64,000 nucleotides of DNA from the NCBI GenBank assembly GCA_963737635.1, contig CAVTTL010000001.1, positions 1,088,001-1,152,000 of the forward strand, written 5' to 3'. A program made the translations under genes and the position numbers. The notes beneath the pieces are model-generated. The model was given only the letters and a program-made list of their open reading frames with translations, was not told where the DNA came from and made no database searches. This DNA is from an uncultured Methanoregulaceae archaeon (lineage in GTDB: Archaea; Halobacteriota; Methanomicrobia; Methanomicrobiales; Methanospirillaceae). Positions 49,955 through 60,882 of the stretch are shown in pieces; within the stretch, counting starts at the first letter, position 1; every line of letters begins with the position of its first letter.

Positions 49955-52151
49955 ATGTCACGTGGCAAAAAAACGGTAGAGCGCGTAGTCGAGCTCATGA
50001 AGGATCCCAAGCACATCAGAAATATCGGTATCGTGGCGCACATCGACCATGGCAAGACCACCCTTTCCGATAACCTGCTTGCGGGTGCCGGTATAATTTC
50101 TGAGGAGCTTGCAGGCAAGCAGCTCTTTATGGATTCCGATGCAGAAGAGCAGGCCCGGGGTATTACCATTGATGCCTCTAACGTCTCGATGGTGCACGAG
50201 TATGAAGGTCAGGATTATCTGATCAATATGATCGATACGCCAGGCCACGTAGACTTCGGCGGTGATGTCACCCGTGCGATGCGTGCAGTCGATGGCGCTG
50301 TTGTGCTCGTTGATGCAGTCGAGGGCACGATGCCCCAGACTGAGACCGTGCTCCGGCAGGCATTAAAAGAGCAGGTCCGCCCGGTCCTCTTCATCAACAA
50401 GGTGGACCGGCTGAGTCAACGAGCTCAAGGTTGATGAGACCGAGATGCAGATCCGGCTGGGCAAAGTCATCGACAAGGTCAACAAGCTTATCAAGGGCAT
50501 GAACGAGGAGTCCTACAACAACGGCTGGAAACTCGACGCCGCGCAGGGCACAGTTGCCTTCGGATCAGCGCTCTACAACTGGGCCATCTCGGTGCCGTAC
50601 ATGAAAAAGAGCGGCGTCTCCTTCAAGGATGTCTACGAGAAGTGCCGCTCGGGCGACATGAAGTACCTCGCGAAGCACAGCCCGCTCTACGAAGTCGTGC
50701 TCGACATGGTCGTGCACCACCTGCCAAACCCGCTCGAGGCCCAACCCCGGCGTGTCAACGTGATTTGGCACGGCGACAAAACTACGAAGGAAGGCAAAGC
50801 GATGCTTGCCTGCGACCCGACAGGCCCCGTAGCGATGATGGTCACCGATATCTCGTTCGACCCCCACGCGGGCGAAGTCGCCACCGGCCGTCTCTTTTCG
50901 GGCAGCCTCAAGCGCGGCGACGGGCTCTATGTGATGGGTTCCGCGAAAAAAGAGAACCGGCTCCAGCAGGTCGGTATTTTCATGGGCCCGAAGCGTGTCG
51001 AGGTCGAGGAGATTGTCGCAGGAAACATTGCGGCAGTCACTGGTCTTCGGGATGCGATGGTCGGCTCCACGGTTACTTCACTTCAGGACATGTTCCCGTT
51101 CGAGTCGCTCAAGCACTACTCGGAACCGGTCATGACCGTTGCGGTCGAGGCAAAGAACATGAAGGATCTGCCCAAACTCGTTGAAGTGCTGCGGCAGGTG
51201 GCAAAGGAAGACCCGACGCTCGGTATCGCGATCAATGAGGAGACGGGCGAGCACCTGATCTCTGGTATGGGCGAACTGCATCTCGAGATTGTCACGGGCC
51301 GTATTAAGCGTGACAAGGGTGTAGAAATCGTCACTTCCGAGCCGATCGTCGTGTACCGTGAGACGGTCACGGGAAAGGTGGAGTCGGTCGAAGGCAAGTC
51401 CCCGAACCGGCACAACCGGTTCTACTTCGACCTTGAACCCCTTCCGGATGAGATCGTCAACCTGATTAAAGCCGGTGAAATCTCGATGAACCAGCAGGCC
51501 ATCGAACGCCGCGACGTGCTCCTGAAGGCCGGCATGGGCAAGGACGAGGCAAAGAACGTCAAGCATATCAAAGGCACGAACATGCTCATCGATATGACCA
51601 AAGGCGTCCAGTACCTCAACGAGACGATGGAACTGATCATCGAGGGTATCAGCGAGGCCCTTGCCGGTGGCCCGCTTGCCGATGAGCCGGTCCAGAACCT
51701 CAAGATGACACTGGTTGATGTCAAGCTGCACGAGGATGCGATTCACCGCGGTCCTGCCCAGGTCATCCCGGCGGTGCGTGGCGCGATTAAGGGCGGCATG
51801 CTCATAGCAGGCGACTCGTTATTGGAGCCTGTCCAGAAGATCCAGATCACCGTCCCGATGGATCAGATGGGTGCCGCGACCTCCCAGATCCAGGGCCGGC
51901 GCGGGCAGGTCTTTGACATGCAGAGCGAAGGAGACTCAATCACGGTCGTGGGCAAGGCTCCCGTTGCCGAACTCTTCGGGTTTGCCGGTGACATCCGGTC
52001 CGCGACTGAAGGTCGCGCGATGTGGAACACTGAGTTCTCGGGATTCGAACTGGTCCCCAACAACATGGTCAAGGAAGTTGTCATTGCAATTCGCAAGCGC
52101 AAGGGCTTAAAGGATCAGATGCCGACCCCGTCAGATTACCTCTCCGTGTAA
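49955..52151 (+). CDS. fusA: Elongation factor EF-2 (frameshift at ~50415)
   Basis: [28 protein letters not shown]|[13 protein letters not shown] diphthamide loop. Confidence 0.96.
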
Positions 52152-52159
52152 TTTTTTTT
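52152..52159 (+). terminator. Archaeal oligo-T terminator after fusA
   Basis: T8 run directly after the stop codon. Confidence 0.6.
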
Positions 52160-52449
52160 AAATCCAACCGTTTGGTGAATAGGGCGGGATATTTTTCGAT
52201 CTCAATCAGATCATCAGGTTAAAAACCAGACCTAGTCCATCGCCCGGCTTTTAAAATTAATTTTTTTATGTCCTGATAGCAATTGCCGGATAGATAATTC
52301 TTTGATTTTATTACATCTGGTTGATTTGAAAAATCCAGTGGTAAAAAATTATGAATTCCCATTGAAGAATACTACAGTATCGGATATTTTTTCTTTATTT
52401 GCGAATAGATAATTATACAAGACCAAATTATATATCCAAAAGGGTTGTT

Positions 52450-52809
52450 ATGAAAAAAAAGGTCCTCATTGTCGAAGATGATCAAGTAATCCAGCGGGTA
52501 CTCGAATGGCGCCTCATTTCATTTGGATATATGGTCTGCGGGAAGGCAACGACCGCTGAAGATGCTTTCTCAGAGGTGAAGACTACCGAGCCTGACGTTA
52601 TCCTTATGGATATCCATCTGAAGGGTCGTATCGACGGGATCGATGCAGCTCTTGCGATCAAAAAAATGTATCATCTCCCGGTTATCTTCCTTACTGCCCA
52701 TTCAACAGAATCTGAGCTTACACGGGCAAAGACGGTTCCACCGGATGGCTACATTCTTAAGCCTTTCAATGACACGGATTTGTGGGTTGCTTTGGAGCTC
52801 GGTACTTGA
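52450..52809 (+). CDS. Stand-alone response regulator receiver domain
   Basis: LIVEDD, LMDI, DGID, LTA, KPF. Confidence 0.92.
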   Translation: MKKKVLIVEDDQVIQRVLEWRLISFGYMVCGKATTAEDAFSEVKTTEPDVILMDIHLKGRIDGIDAALAIKKMYHLPVIFLTAHSTESELTRAKTVPPDGYILKPFNDTDLWVALELGT

Positions 52810-52990
52810 AAATCGCGTTCAGAAATCATCAGATTTGATCGGATAACCTGAGCATTCTTTGAACCTCGGCTTGACGAATATCCCTGAAGTCTTTTCCGTA
52901 TCTTAAAAATCCTTTTTTGTGCCTTAAAAAATTGGTAGCCCAAAAAAAATTATGGGCTTGCTTCTGGACTTCAACCAGAATTCACAATCC

Positions 52991-54196
52991 TCATCCTTGA
53001 GATATGGAGCTCCCCTTTGCCACGTGTGTTGTCCAGATGAGAAGAATAGTCCCTGCTGCTGCAATCACAGCTGCAACGATAAATCCGGCGCTGTACCCGA
53101 CAAATGTCCAGATAAAGCCAATCATTACGCTCGACACAAGATCCCCGACACCGTTTACGGCTGCTAGTGCCCCATATCCAAGCCCACGTGACCCCTCTCC
53201 CACCATTTCCCCGGCAAGCGCCCCTTCCAGAGCGTCTTCTGCTGCGATAAACAATCCACACAGCCCAAACAGGATACCATAGGCAATAATGTTTGGTGGT
53301 GCAAGAACAAAGCCTATGAAACTCACCACTGCAATTGCATATCCTGCAATCAGGACTGACCTTCGGCCCACACGATCGCCCATCCAGCCAAGTGGGTAAG
53401 ACGCCGCTGCATAAACGATATTGCGGATCAGGTAAAGGCCCGCGCCAGCTGCAGTTGCCATTACAAAACCAAGCGAAGGAGTAAGGGCGACAATCACGAA
53501 GGCAATGAGCAGCGTCTGGGAAAAATCAGCAATCCCGAAGACCAATACCGCGCAAAGAAATGCCTTGAACCGCGACGGCAGGCCACGGAGTGAAGGAATT
53601 AGCTCGCGAGGACGATTCTGCGGAGTGTTTCCCCTCTCCTTTAAAAACAGCCATATTGCAATAAATGCCAGAAATCCCGGGATCACGGCAAACCAGAATA
53701 GTGTCCGGATCGCAACTGTTGAGACGAGCACGAGCGCGATCGCCGGTCCGGCAATCGCCCCCAGCGTATCGCCGGCACGATGAAATCCGAATGCCTTACC
53801 GAGGTCTTTTTTTTCGACAGAATTAGCGAGAATTGCGTCCCGGGATGGTGCCCGGATCCCTTTACCGATCCAACCGATAACCCTCCCTGCAAGTACCATA
53901 AACCAAGAAGCGGCGACGGCAATAAATGCAGGAAATATGGCGGTTGCCACAGAACCGGCGAGAGCAAACTCGCGACGCTTGTCAAATTTGTCGGCAAAGT
54001 ACCCCGAAAACAGTTTTACAAAACTAGATGCTCCGTCGCTTAATCCCTCGATAACACCGAGGGCATACACTGGAGCACCGAGGATAATCAAAAATGAGGG
54101 GAGCAGCACAGTGACGGTCTCGTAGCCGAGATCGCCAAAAAAACTCGCTAGGCCGGCACCGAGGACTGTGGAGTTCAACCATTGGGGCCATTTCAT
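52991..54196 (-). CDS. MFS transporter
   Basis: About 12 TMs, GYFADKFDKR, GKGIRAPSRDA, GWMGDRVGRR. Confidence 0.92.
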   Translation of the reverse strand: MKWPQWLNSTVLGAGLASFFGDLGYETVTVLLPSFLIILGAPVYALGVIEGLSDGASSFVKLFSGYFADKFDKRREFALAGSVATAIFPAFIAVAASWFMVLAGRVIGWIGKGIRAPSRDAILANSVEKKDLGKAFGFHRAGDTLGAIAGPAIALVLVSTVAIRTLFWFAVIPGFLAFIAIWLFLKERGNTPQNRPRELIPSLRGLPSRFKAFLCAVLVFGIADFSQTLLIAFVIVALTPSLGFVMATAAGAGLYLIRNIVYAAASYPLGWMGDRVGRRSVLIAGYAIAVVSFIGFVLAPPNIIAYGILFGLCGLFIAAEDALEGALAGEMVGEGSRGLGYGALAAVNGVGDLVSSVMIGFIWTFVGYSAGFIVAAVIAAAGTILLIWTTHVAKGSSISQG

Positions 54197-54439
54197 AGCA
54201 GATGTTATCGTCGGAATACAAAATAAAGGGATACACTGTAGAGATACATCGGCAATCCAGATCCGGTTTAGCCTGTACGAATGTTAATGCAGGAATTTTA
54301 ATATCCAGATTTCAGCTAACTATCCGGTTCGATATCCGAACTCACGCCATTCTGGTAATATATATCGCGAACTGGTTTACTCTGTTATCAGCCTTGGACG
54401 CGTTTAAAAACACCAACCAGGCAGGAGATTCTCAATAGT

Positions 54440-54586
54440 ATGACAAATCTTAGTGATGTTGTACGGCAGGTTGAAACCGCCCTGTGCGACCCCCTCTATC
54501 CTCCCACTACTCAAGAACGTGAAGCGTATGTCCGCATTCTTCTTCAGGTTTGTATTGGCGTAGTGGAGGCCAAAGGGAGCCGGTGA
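54440..54586 (+). CDS. Putative 48-aa small protein
   Basis: MTNLSDVVRQVETALCDPLYPPTTQEREAYVRILLQVCIGVVEAKGSR*; AGGAGA at 54423-54428, AT-rich TATA-like box ~54356-54365. Confidence 0.45.
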   Translation: MTNLSDVVRQVETALCDPLYPPTTQEREAYVRILLQVCIGVVEAKGSR

Positions 54587-54758
54587 CCGGTTGGTTTCAT
54601 TGTTCCGACAGGCACCGTTTACCTGTTTCAACAAGGTACGTACAAGCACAGGTAATTATTCCTGCAATCCGGATTATTCCTCTATTGAACATTTCTTACC
54701 GCAGTTGCGTAAACCCTATAATATATCAGAATAAGAGAGAGGAACCGGCGTTATATCT

Positions 54759-56129
54759 ATGACTATCCAGAGGAGTACCAGTTGCGATGAGATTACATCC
54801 GAAGAGGTTGCTTCGGGGGTCCGGGCACTTATGCCTGATATTATCGAGGATCTCAAATGTCTTATCCGTCACCCATCCGTAGCCTTTCCTGATTATTCCG
54901 AAGAACCGGTCATCACGATGGCAGATGCGACGGTTGCGGTGCTGAGGAAGTACGGGCTTCCTGATGCCCACCTTATAGATATCCCGGGGGGATATCCGGC
55001 GGTTTTCGCTGAAATCCCAGCTCCGCCCGGAATGCCGACCGTTCTGATGTACGCTCATTACGACGTCCAGCCAGCACGAAAAGAGGATGGCTGGGAGACC
55101 GATCCCTGGGAACCGGTGGAAAATGAAGGCCGTCTTTATGGACGCGGCGCGGCTGATGATAAATCGGGAATTATGCTCATCGCATCATCCATCGGAATTT
55201 TCCAGGGAAAACCTCCTGTGGGGGTGAAGATCCTTATAGAAGGTGAAGAAGAAACAACAAGTCACCTTGAGGATTTCGTTGCCGCATGCCCAGATCTTTT
55301 CTCATGTGATGCGTTTATCATTGCCGATAATGGCAACCTCTCTGTGGGAAAACCGGCGCTTACAACAACCCTCCGGGGGGAGGTTTCATGTATCGTTGAG
55401 ATCAGAACACTCGACCATGCAGTACATTCCGGCATGTTTGGGGGAGCTGCACCTGACGCACTGGTTGTCATGATAAAGATCCTTGCCACGCTCCATGATG
55501 CCAAGGGCGATGTGGCTGTAAAGGGTCTCCGTTCGGATGCCTCCGGGTCGGAAGGATTTTCTGTTGAAAGCTACCGGGATAGTGCCGGGGTGCTTGACGG
55601 CGTAGACCTTATCGGTACTGGTCCGCTTGGTGATCGATTGTGGTCCCGGCCCTCGGTGACGGTGATCGGCATCGATGCGCCTTCAATAAAGGCAGCCGCA
55701 AATATCCTGATTCCTCAGGCAGCGGCGAAGATCAGCATGCGTATCGCCCCGGATGCGGACGCGGGGCACGAGCTGCAGGTTTTAATGGATCACCTTCGTG
55801 CAGCAGCACCGTGGAATGTCCATGTTGAGATTCGGGAAATTGGCTATTCGGCAGGTTTTACCTGCCCGACCGGTGGCCCCGGTTATATGGCGGCAAGAAG
55901 CGCACTGGAAACTGCCTTTAAACAACCCGTCTTCGAAAAGGGGACCGGCGGTTCGATCCCCTTGCTTCGGGTGCTGCACAATGCTGTGCCCCATGCTGAG
56001 TTCATCCTCTGGGGTGCCGAAGACGCTGCGGGTTCGCGCATCCATGGAACAAACGAAAGCGTGGATATCGGTGACCTCGAGAAAATTATTGTAGCCCAAA
56101 GCCTGTTCCTTTCGCTGCTTAAAAAGTGA
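54759..56129 (+). CDS. M20 family dipeptidase/deacylase
   Basis: YAHYDVQP, GRGAADDK, EGEEE, HSG, HGTNES. Confidence 0.93.
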   Translation: MTIQRSTSCDEITSEEVASGVRALMPDIIEDLKCLIRHPSVAFPDYSEEPVITMADATVAVLRKYGLPDAHLIDIPGGYPAVFAEIPAPPGMPTVLMYAHYDVQPARKEDGWETDPWEPVENEGRLYGRGAADDKSGIMLIASSIGIFQGKPPVGVKILIEGEEETTSHLEDFVAACPDLFSCDAFIIADNGNLSVGKPALTTTLRGEVSCIVEIRTLDHAVHSGMFGGAAPDALVVMIKILATLHDAKGDVAVKGLRSDASGSEGFSVESYRDSAGVLDGVDLIGTGPLGDRLWSRPSVTVIGIDAPSIKAAANILIPQAAAKISMRIAPDADAGHELQVLMDHLRAAAPWNVHVEIREIGYSAGFTCPTGGPGYMAARSALETAFKQPVFEKGTGGSIPLLRVLHNAVPHAEFILWGAEDAAGSRIHGTNESVDIGDLEKIIVAQSLFLSLLKK

Positions 56130-56207
56130 CGATAATCCTTCGTCTCAGGAAACTCGAGCGGGAAGCGCCTCTCAGTTTCAGGTAATCGGAGGTTCCGGTG
56201 CTTTATT

Positions 56208-56933
56208 CTAGGTGTACCGGAGCAGGAACAGGCCGTACACCACAAAGACAATGCCGATTATTACGGATGTGATCAGGGAATGGAATGACTGTGCCGGCAC
56301 TGCGAATCCCCCGAGCGTAACGAGCGAAGTAAAATCAAAAAGGGCGTGAATACCGACAAGGGGCCAAATACTCCCCGTCCTGAGACGGAGTGCCGATAAG
56401 GTAATGCCTATGCCGAATGCAGCAATGCTATCAACGATCGCAAAAGTGGGATCCCATGTGCCACCAAGAGTATTGAGCAGATGAGGCGCTGCAAAGAAAA
56501 AGGAGCTGATCCCTACAGCACTGAGCACACCCGTAGGGAGGAGCGTGGTGAGGATCAGGCCGCGGAAATACGTTTCCTCTGCTAATCCTACTACGAGCGT
56601 AAGGACCGCAAACTCAAGGATACTCACAGGTGCAGTTACCCGGATCTCCCCGAAAAGAGACAAAAGAGCGATCGCACCAGGCAGAACGAAAAGGGGGACA
56701 TCTGCCCAGCGGACTCCTGTGGTGTAGCCGGCTTTCTCCCGCCAGCCAAGATGCCAGACAAGAAAAATTCCGGTGAAGGCTAAAACTGAATCGCCGACTG
56801 CCACCTGGGTGAGTGTTCCCATCAAGAATATTTCGTTGATTGCTCCGATCCCAAGGACCACGCCAATGACGATCCCAAGGAAACCGGTGGCACTGATATA
56901 TGGGTGTCCGGCCGTGAATCGTTGGAGTGTCAT
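56208..56933 (-). CDS. CPBP (Abi/Rce1) intramembrane glutamic endopeptidase
   Basis: EETYFRG, FAAPH, SIWPLVGIHALFD. Confidence 0.92.
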   Translation of the reverse strand: MTLQRFTAGHPYISATGFLGIVIGVVLGIGAINEIFLMGTLTQVAVGDSVLAFTGIFLVWHLGWREKAGYTTGVRWADVPLFVLPGAIALLSLFGEIRVTAPVSILEFAVLTLVVGLAEETYFRGLILTTLLPTGVLSAVGISSFFFAAPHLLNTLGGTWDPTFAIVDSIAAFGIGITLSALRLRTGSIWPLVGIHALFDFTSLVTLGGFAVPAQSFHSLITSVIIGIVFVVYGLFLLRYT

Positions 56934-57296
56934 GAATAGCCGGTTCCTAATAATCTTTCAACTATAAAGGAGTTATTCGATATGCTCTCGTGAAAAGGTT
57001 GCGGGATGTGCTTGGGGTCGTACGGATTCGCGGCTCTTTTTGTCTCACTATACATCAGATTTTTCGCGCGCCCGGCCGATCCGGCCCTGTTCGAAAGCAG
57101 AATCTGTCAATAAAACAGCCGGATTATTCCTGCACTAAAACAGCTCCGATTGGCAGATGGGACAGTCCGGAACGATTACACCGTATGGCACAACCGCACG
57201 GACGACCGGAATTTACCGGGACGGTAACGACCCTTAAATGAATCGGGCGGGAATATTCGATCAGACGGCTCATGCCGGAACAGGGAGGAAAATGAG

Positions 57297-58311
57297 ATGA
57301 ACCCCAAAATTGGCGTGCTCCTCGCGCTGGTGGCGCTGGGACTGCTTTGCGCGATCGGGCCCGCCGCAGCGGACAGCACCACCAACACGCAGGGAATGCA
57401 GTACGATATTCAGCCGTACAACGGGCCCATTGGCCCGGACAGACTCGCTCTACGGTCTCAAAATCGCCTTTGAAAATCTCGGTGATGCATTCATTTTTAA
57501 TCGAAGCGAACAGCTTCAACAAGAGATCAACCATTCTGATACCCGCCTTGGCGAGCTGGAAAGTGCGCTGGCCGCAAACAGGACCGATGCCGCTGACCGG
57601 GCACTGAACCAGTACTGGCAGGATATGAACCAGACTGAACAGACATTGTCTTGGTTCAATAATACCAGCTCAATGCCGGAATTTAATGGTACGTTTAATG
57701 GCACTGGCACAATGCCGGAGTTTAACGGGAACTATAACGGTACAGGGTACTCTGATAGGCTCAACTGGACCGGGTACACTCCGGCGCCCATTGACCCGGA
57801 CCTTGTCCACGCACAACAGATGATCCTCCTGCACCAAGAAGTCCTTGAAAACCTCCTGAACTCGCATCCCGATAACCAGGGCCTCACGCAGGCGTATAAT
57901 AAAAACCGGGATTTGGAGCAGAGGTTTGAGCAGAAGACCCAGCTGCAATTCGATCTCCTTCGTGATGCAGAGAACAGACCCATATTCCGTCCAGTACTCT
58001 TGAGTGCCATCGCCCAGAACCGGACTCTCCCGGTATATTCATGGAACAAGCCCGGCCCTGCCGCGAACAGGGTGGCTCCGATGGCAAGAAACCAGACTTG
58101 GGACACCTCCACGCATCCGGGAAACGGGCAGTATCACGGGCAGGTAAACCAGTCAGGGCAGGACCAGCAGCGGCAGGATCTCCAGGTAAACCCCGGCCAT
58201 GACCAGAACCCCGCCAACAGGCAGAGGAACAGCAACGGGAATGAGAGCGACAATGCATATATCAACCGGAGCACTTATGGGAACCGGGATTTCCGGTTCT
58301 ACAACCCGTAA
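57297..58311 (+). CDS. Secreted DUF5667-like protein (frameshift at 57443)
   Basis: Signal peptide MNPKIGVLLALVALGLLCAIGPAAA; GPDSSLYGLKIAFE after a 1-nt correction; Asn/Gln-rich tail. Confidence 0.75.
57671..57748 (+). repeat. 39-bp degenerate tandem repeat (13-aa MPEFNG..NGTG)
   Basis: CAATGCCGGA at 57671 and 57710. Confidence 0.8.
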
Positions 58312-58400
58312 CACTGTTATTGGATTCGTAGCTGGCACTCCACTGCCGGTTGCGTATTTTTTAATACAGTGTGGAATAACGATCAACAAAAGGGTACATC

Positions 58401-59351
58401 ATGGATACGCTGAAACGGTACGTGGCCACCATTATCATTCTGCTCCTGCTCTGTACCCTGCAGCTTGCAGAGGCTGCATCCACCCCGGAGTACGCAACAA
58501 CCTATACGATCACCCTGCAACCAGATGGTTCAGCGCTCTGGTCCGTGGAGTACCGCACCCCTCTTGCAACCGGTGACGATCTCGATAATTTCCAAAACTA
58601 CTCAACCGACTTAAACTCCATCTACCTTCCTCAGCTTGAAGACCTGATGCAGCATTCCGCCGCAGAGGCAGCTGCCGGTACTTCTCGGCCAATGGAAGCG
58701 GTCAATTTTTCCGGGAACACCGTCATCCAGTCATCCCCGACCGGAAAATTCGGGGTGGTGACGTACACGTTTACGTGGACGAACTTCTCCGTTCCCGGAG
58801 GGAGCCTCACTACTGGCGACGCATTTGCCGGCGGGCTGTACCTGGACAAAGATTCGACGCTGGTCATCCGGTACCCGAACGGCTATACGGTCACGTCCGC
58901 AGACCCTGCCCCTGACCAGCAGTCAGACAACAGCCTCGTATGGTACGGCGAGCGGGAGTTCGGTGCCGGGGAACCACAAGTTGTGCTCGCGGCACCGGCA
59001 TTCCCGATGCTACCTCTCCTTATCTCCATTATAGTCGTTATCATCGGAGTAGTTGGGTTCATAGCATACCGGAAGTGGAGACCGGTATCTGGGCCGGAGG
59101 AAGCAGCTGGCGCGTCTGAAGATCCGCCACTCTCGCTGTCTGAATCAGATCTGGCGAGCCTCGAAGACCGGATCCTCCGGCTGCTAAGGGCGAACAATGG
59201 CGAACAGTTCCAGTCTGAGATTGTAAAAGAACTAGGTCTGCCAAAATCGACCGTGAGCTCCACACTCAACGATCTCCACCAACAGGGGATCATTCAGAAG
59301 ATAAAAAAAGGCCGGGAAAACCTCATCCGGATCATTGGTGAGAGCAAGTAA
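58401..59351 (+). CDS. Membrane-anchored protein with extracellular domain and cytoplasmic winged-HTH
   Basis: Signal peptide, beta-rich domain, TM helix (LLISIIVVIIGVVGFIAY), QSEIVKELGLPKSTVSSTL..GRENLI HTH. Confidence 0.85.
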   Translation: MDTLKRYVATIIILLLLCTLQLAEAASTPEYATTYTITLQPDGSALWSVEYRTPLATGDDLDNFQNYSTDLNSIYLPQLEDLMQHSAAEAAAGTSRPMEAVNFSGNTVIQSSPTGKFGVVTYTFTWTNFSVPGGSLTTGDAFAGGLYLDKDSTLVIRYPNGYTVTSADPAPDQQSDNSLVWYGEREFGAGEPQVVLAAPAFPMLPLLISIIVVIIGVVGFIAYRKWRPVSGPEEAAGASEDPPLSLSESDLASLEDRILRLLRANNGEQFQSEIVKELGLPKSTVSSTLNDLHQQGIIQKIKKGRENLIRIIGESK

Positions 59352-59401
59352 TTCCTGGTTGAGCGGCCGCGGTAGGTTTTGCAAGATACGGTACAGTCTC
59401 A

Positions 59402-60544
59402 TTATTTCCCGAAATATTCCGTCACTTTTTTCAGATTATAGCGGATCGGCAGGTTCTGAGGACATTTCCCCTCGCATTCTCCGCATTCCTGGCAGCACGA
59501 AGCGTAATGGGGGATGCCATCGAAGAAACCCCCGAGGAACATTGAATAATGCTGCCGTGCATCCTCATCGTCCTCATAAATGTGCCCACGGTTGTACATC
59601 TCGAAGCACTCCGGGATGCTTACGCCGTGTGGGCAGGGTACACAGTACCTGCAGCCGGTGCAGGGGATGATGATCCGCTTTTGCAGCTCTTTTTTCACTT
59701 TCCCAAACAGGGAGAGCTCTTTTTTTGTAAGCGAATGAGGCAATCCGGTTTCTGCGAGAGTGACATTCTGCCTGACCTGCTCCGGGCGTGACATGCCGGA
59801 GAGAACGACCGTTACTTCCGGGTGGTTCCAGACCCAGCGGAGCGCCCATTCAGCGGGGTCGTGATGGGTTTCTGCCTTTTGCCAGATCTCCGAGATCCCT
59901 TTGAGATCTCTTGCGAGCAAACCGCCACGGATAGGTTCCATGACTACGATGCCCAATCCTTTCTTTGCCGCATATTCCAGCCCCTTTGTGCCAGCCTGGT
60001 ACTGTTCATCCATGAAGTTGTACTGGATCTGGGTAAATGTCCAGTTGTAACTGTCCACGATCTCCTTGAAGAGCGCTGTATTGTCATGGAACGAAAAGCC
60101 GGCATACCGTATCCGACCGTCAGCGATGGCATCATCAAGAAACTCAGTGACATTGAGCCCAGAGAGATTCTCCCAAAACGGGCCGTTGAGCCCATGCACA
60201 AGATAGAAATCAATATGGTCTGTCCTGAGACGGCTGAGTTGTTCGTTGAGGTACTTATCCATATCCTGCCGTGAGCTGACAAGCCAGCTCGGAAGCTTTG
60301 TGGCAAGGCTCACCCTTTCGCGGTACCCTCCGGCAAGGACCCGGCCGACAAACGGTTCGCTTTCACCATTATGGTAGGGATAGGCAGTATCAACGTAATT
60401 TACACCGTGGTCGATTGCGTACCTGAGCATCCCGGTTGCCTGTTCTTCGTCAATCTGCCCGGCAGTGGTCACCGGGAACCGCATACATCCGAACCCGAGA
60501 ATGGAAAGTTCCGGATCGGCCTTGTTCATTTTCCTGTAGAGCAT
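59402..60544 (-). CDS. Aldo/keto reductase with C-terminal 4Fe-4S domain
   Basis: LGFGCMRFP, DTAYPYH, CTGCRYCVPCP, CQECGECEGKCP. Confidence 0.93.
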   Translation of the reverse strand: MLYRKMNKADPELSILGFGCMRFPVTTAGQIDEEQATGMLRYAIDHGVNYVDTAYPYHNGESEPFVGRVLAGGYRERVSLATKLPSWLVSSRQDMDKYLNEQLSRLRTDHIDFYLVHGLNGPFWENLSGLNVTEFLDDAIADGRIRYAGFSFHDNTALFKEIVDSYNWTFTQIQYNFMDEQYQAGTKGLEYAAKKGLGIVVMEPIRGGLLARDLKGISEIWQKAETHHDPAEWALRWVWNHPEVTVVLSGMSRPEQVRQNVTLAETGLPHSLTKKELSLFGKVKKELQKRIIIPCTGCRYCVPCPHGVSIPECFEMYNRGHIYEDDEDARQHYSMFLGGFFDGIPHYASCCQECGECEGKCPQNLPIRYNLKKVTEYFGK

Positions 60545-60882
60545 TGTCTGTCACCAATATCAATAATCCAGAATGCAGGTGGGATATAGCATAAATTCTT
60601 GCATCGGCATCCGGCCCTGATTCGTAGCTGATTGTATTATTCGTAAATTTTATAGAGATCCACCCGGCAATGCACAAGTACGATTCAAAAATCTATGAAA
60701 ATGGTGAGTAGTAATGGACAATCTGTTAAAGATTATTGAGGAGCGGTACCCGGTCAGAGGGGTTTTCCTACATAGATCGGTGTAGATACTAATTACACTT
60801 AAAAAAGAAGAGATCTATTAACATCGGCAGTAGATCTGATATTTTTAAGATATGAAATATTATTTATCAACTATTGAAAACA

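Noticed and set aside
9296-52151. Programmed frameshifting or genuine pseudogenisation of htpX, rps24e, DUF359, glmU, smsB, sepS, fusA
   Set aside because: Too many essential genes are hit, there are no slippery heptamers at the sites, and flanks are otherwise intact; sequencing error is more parsimonious
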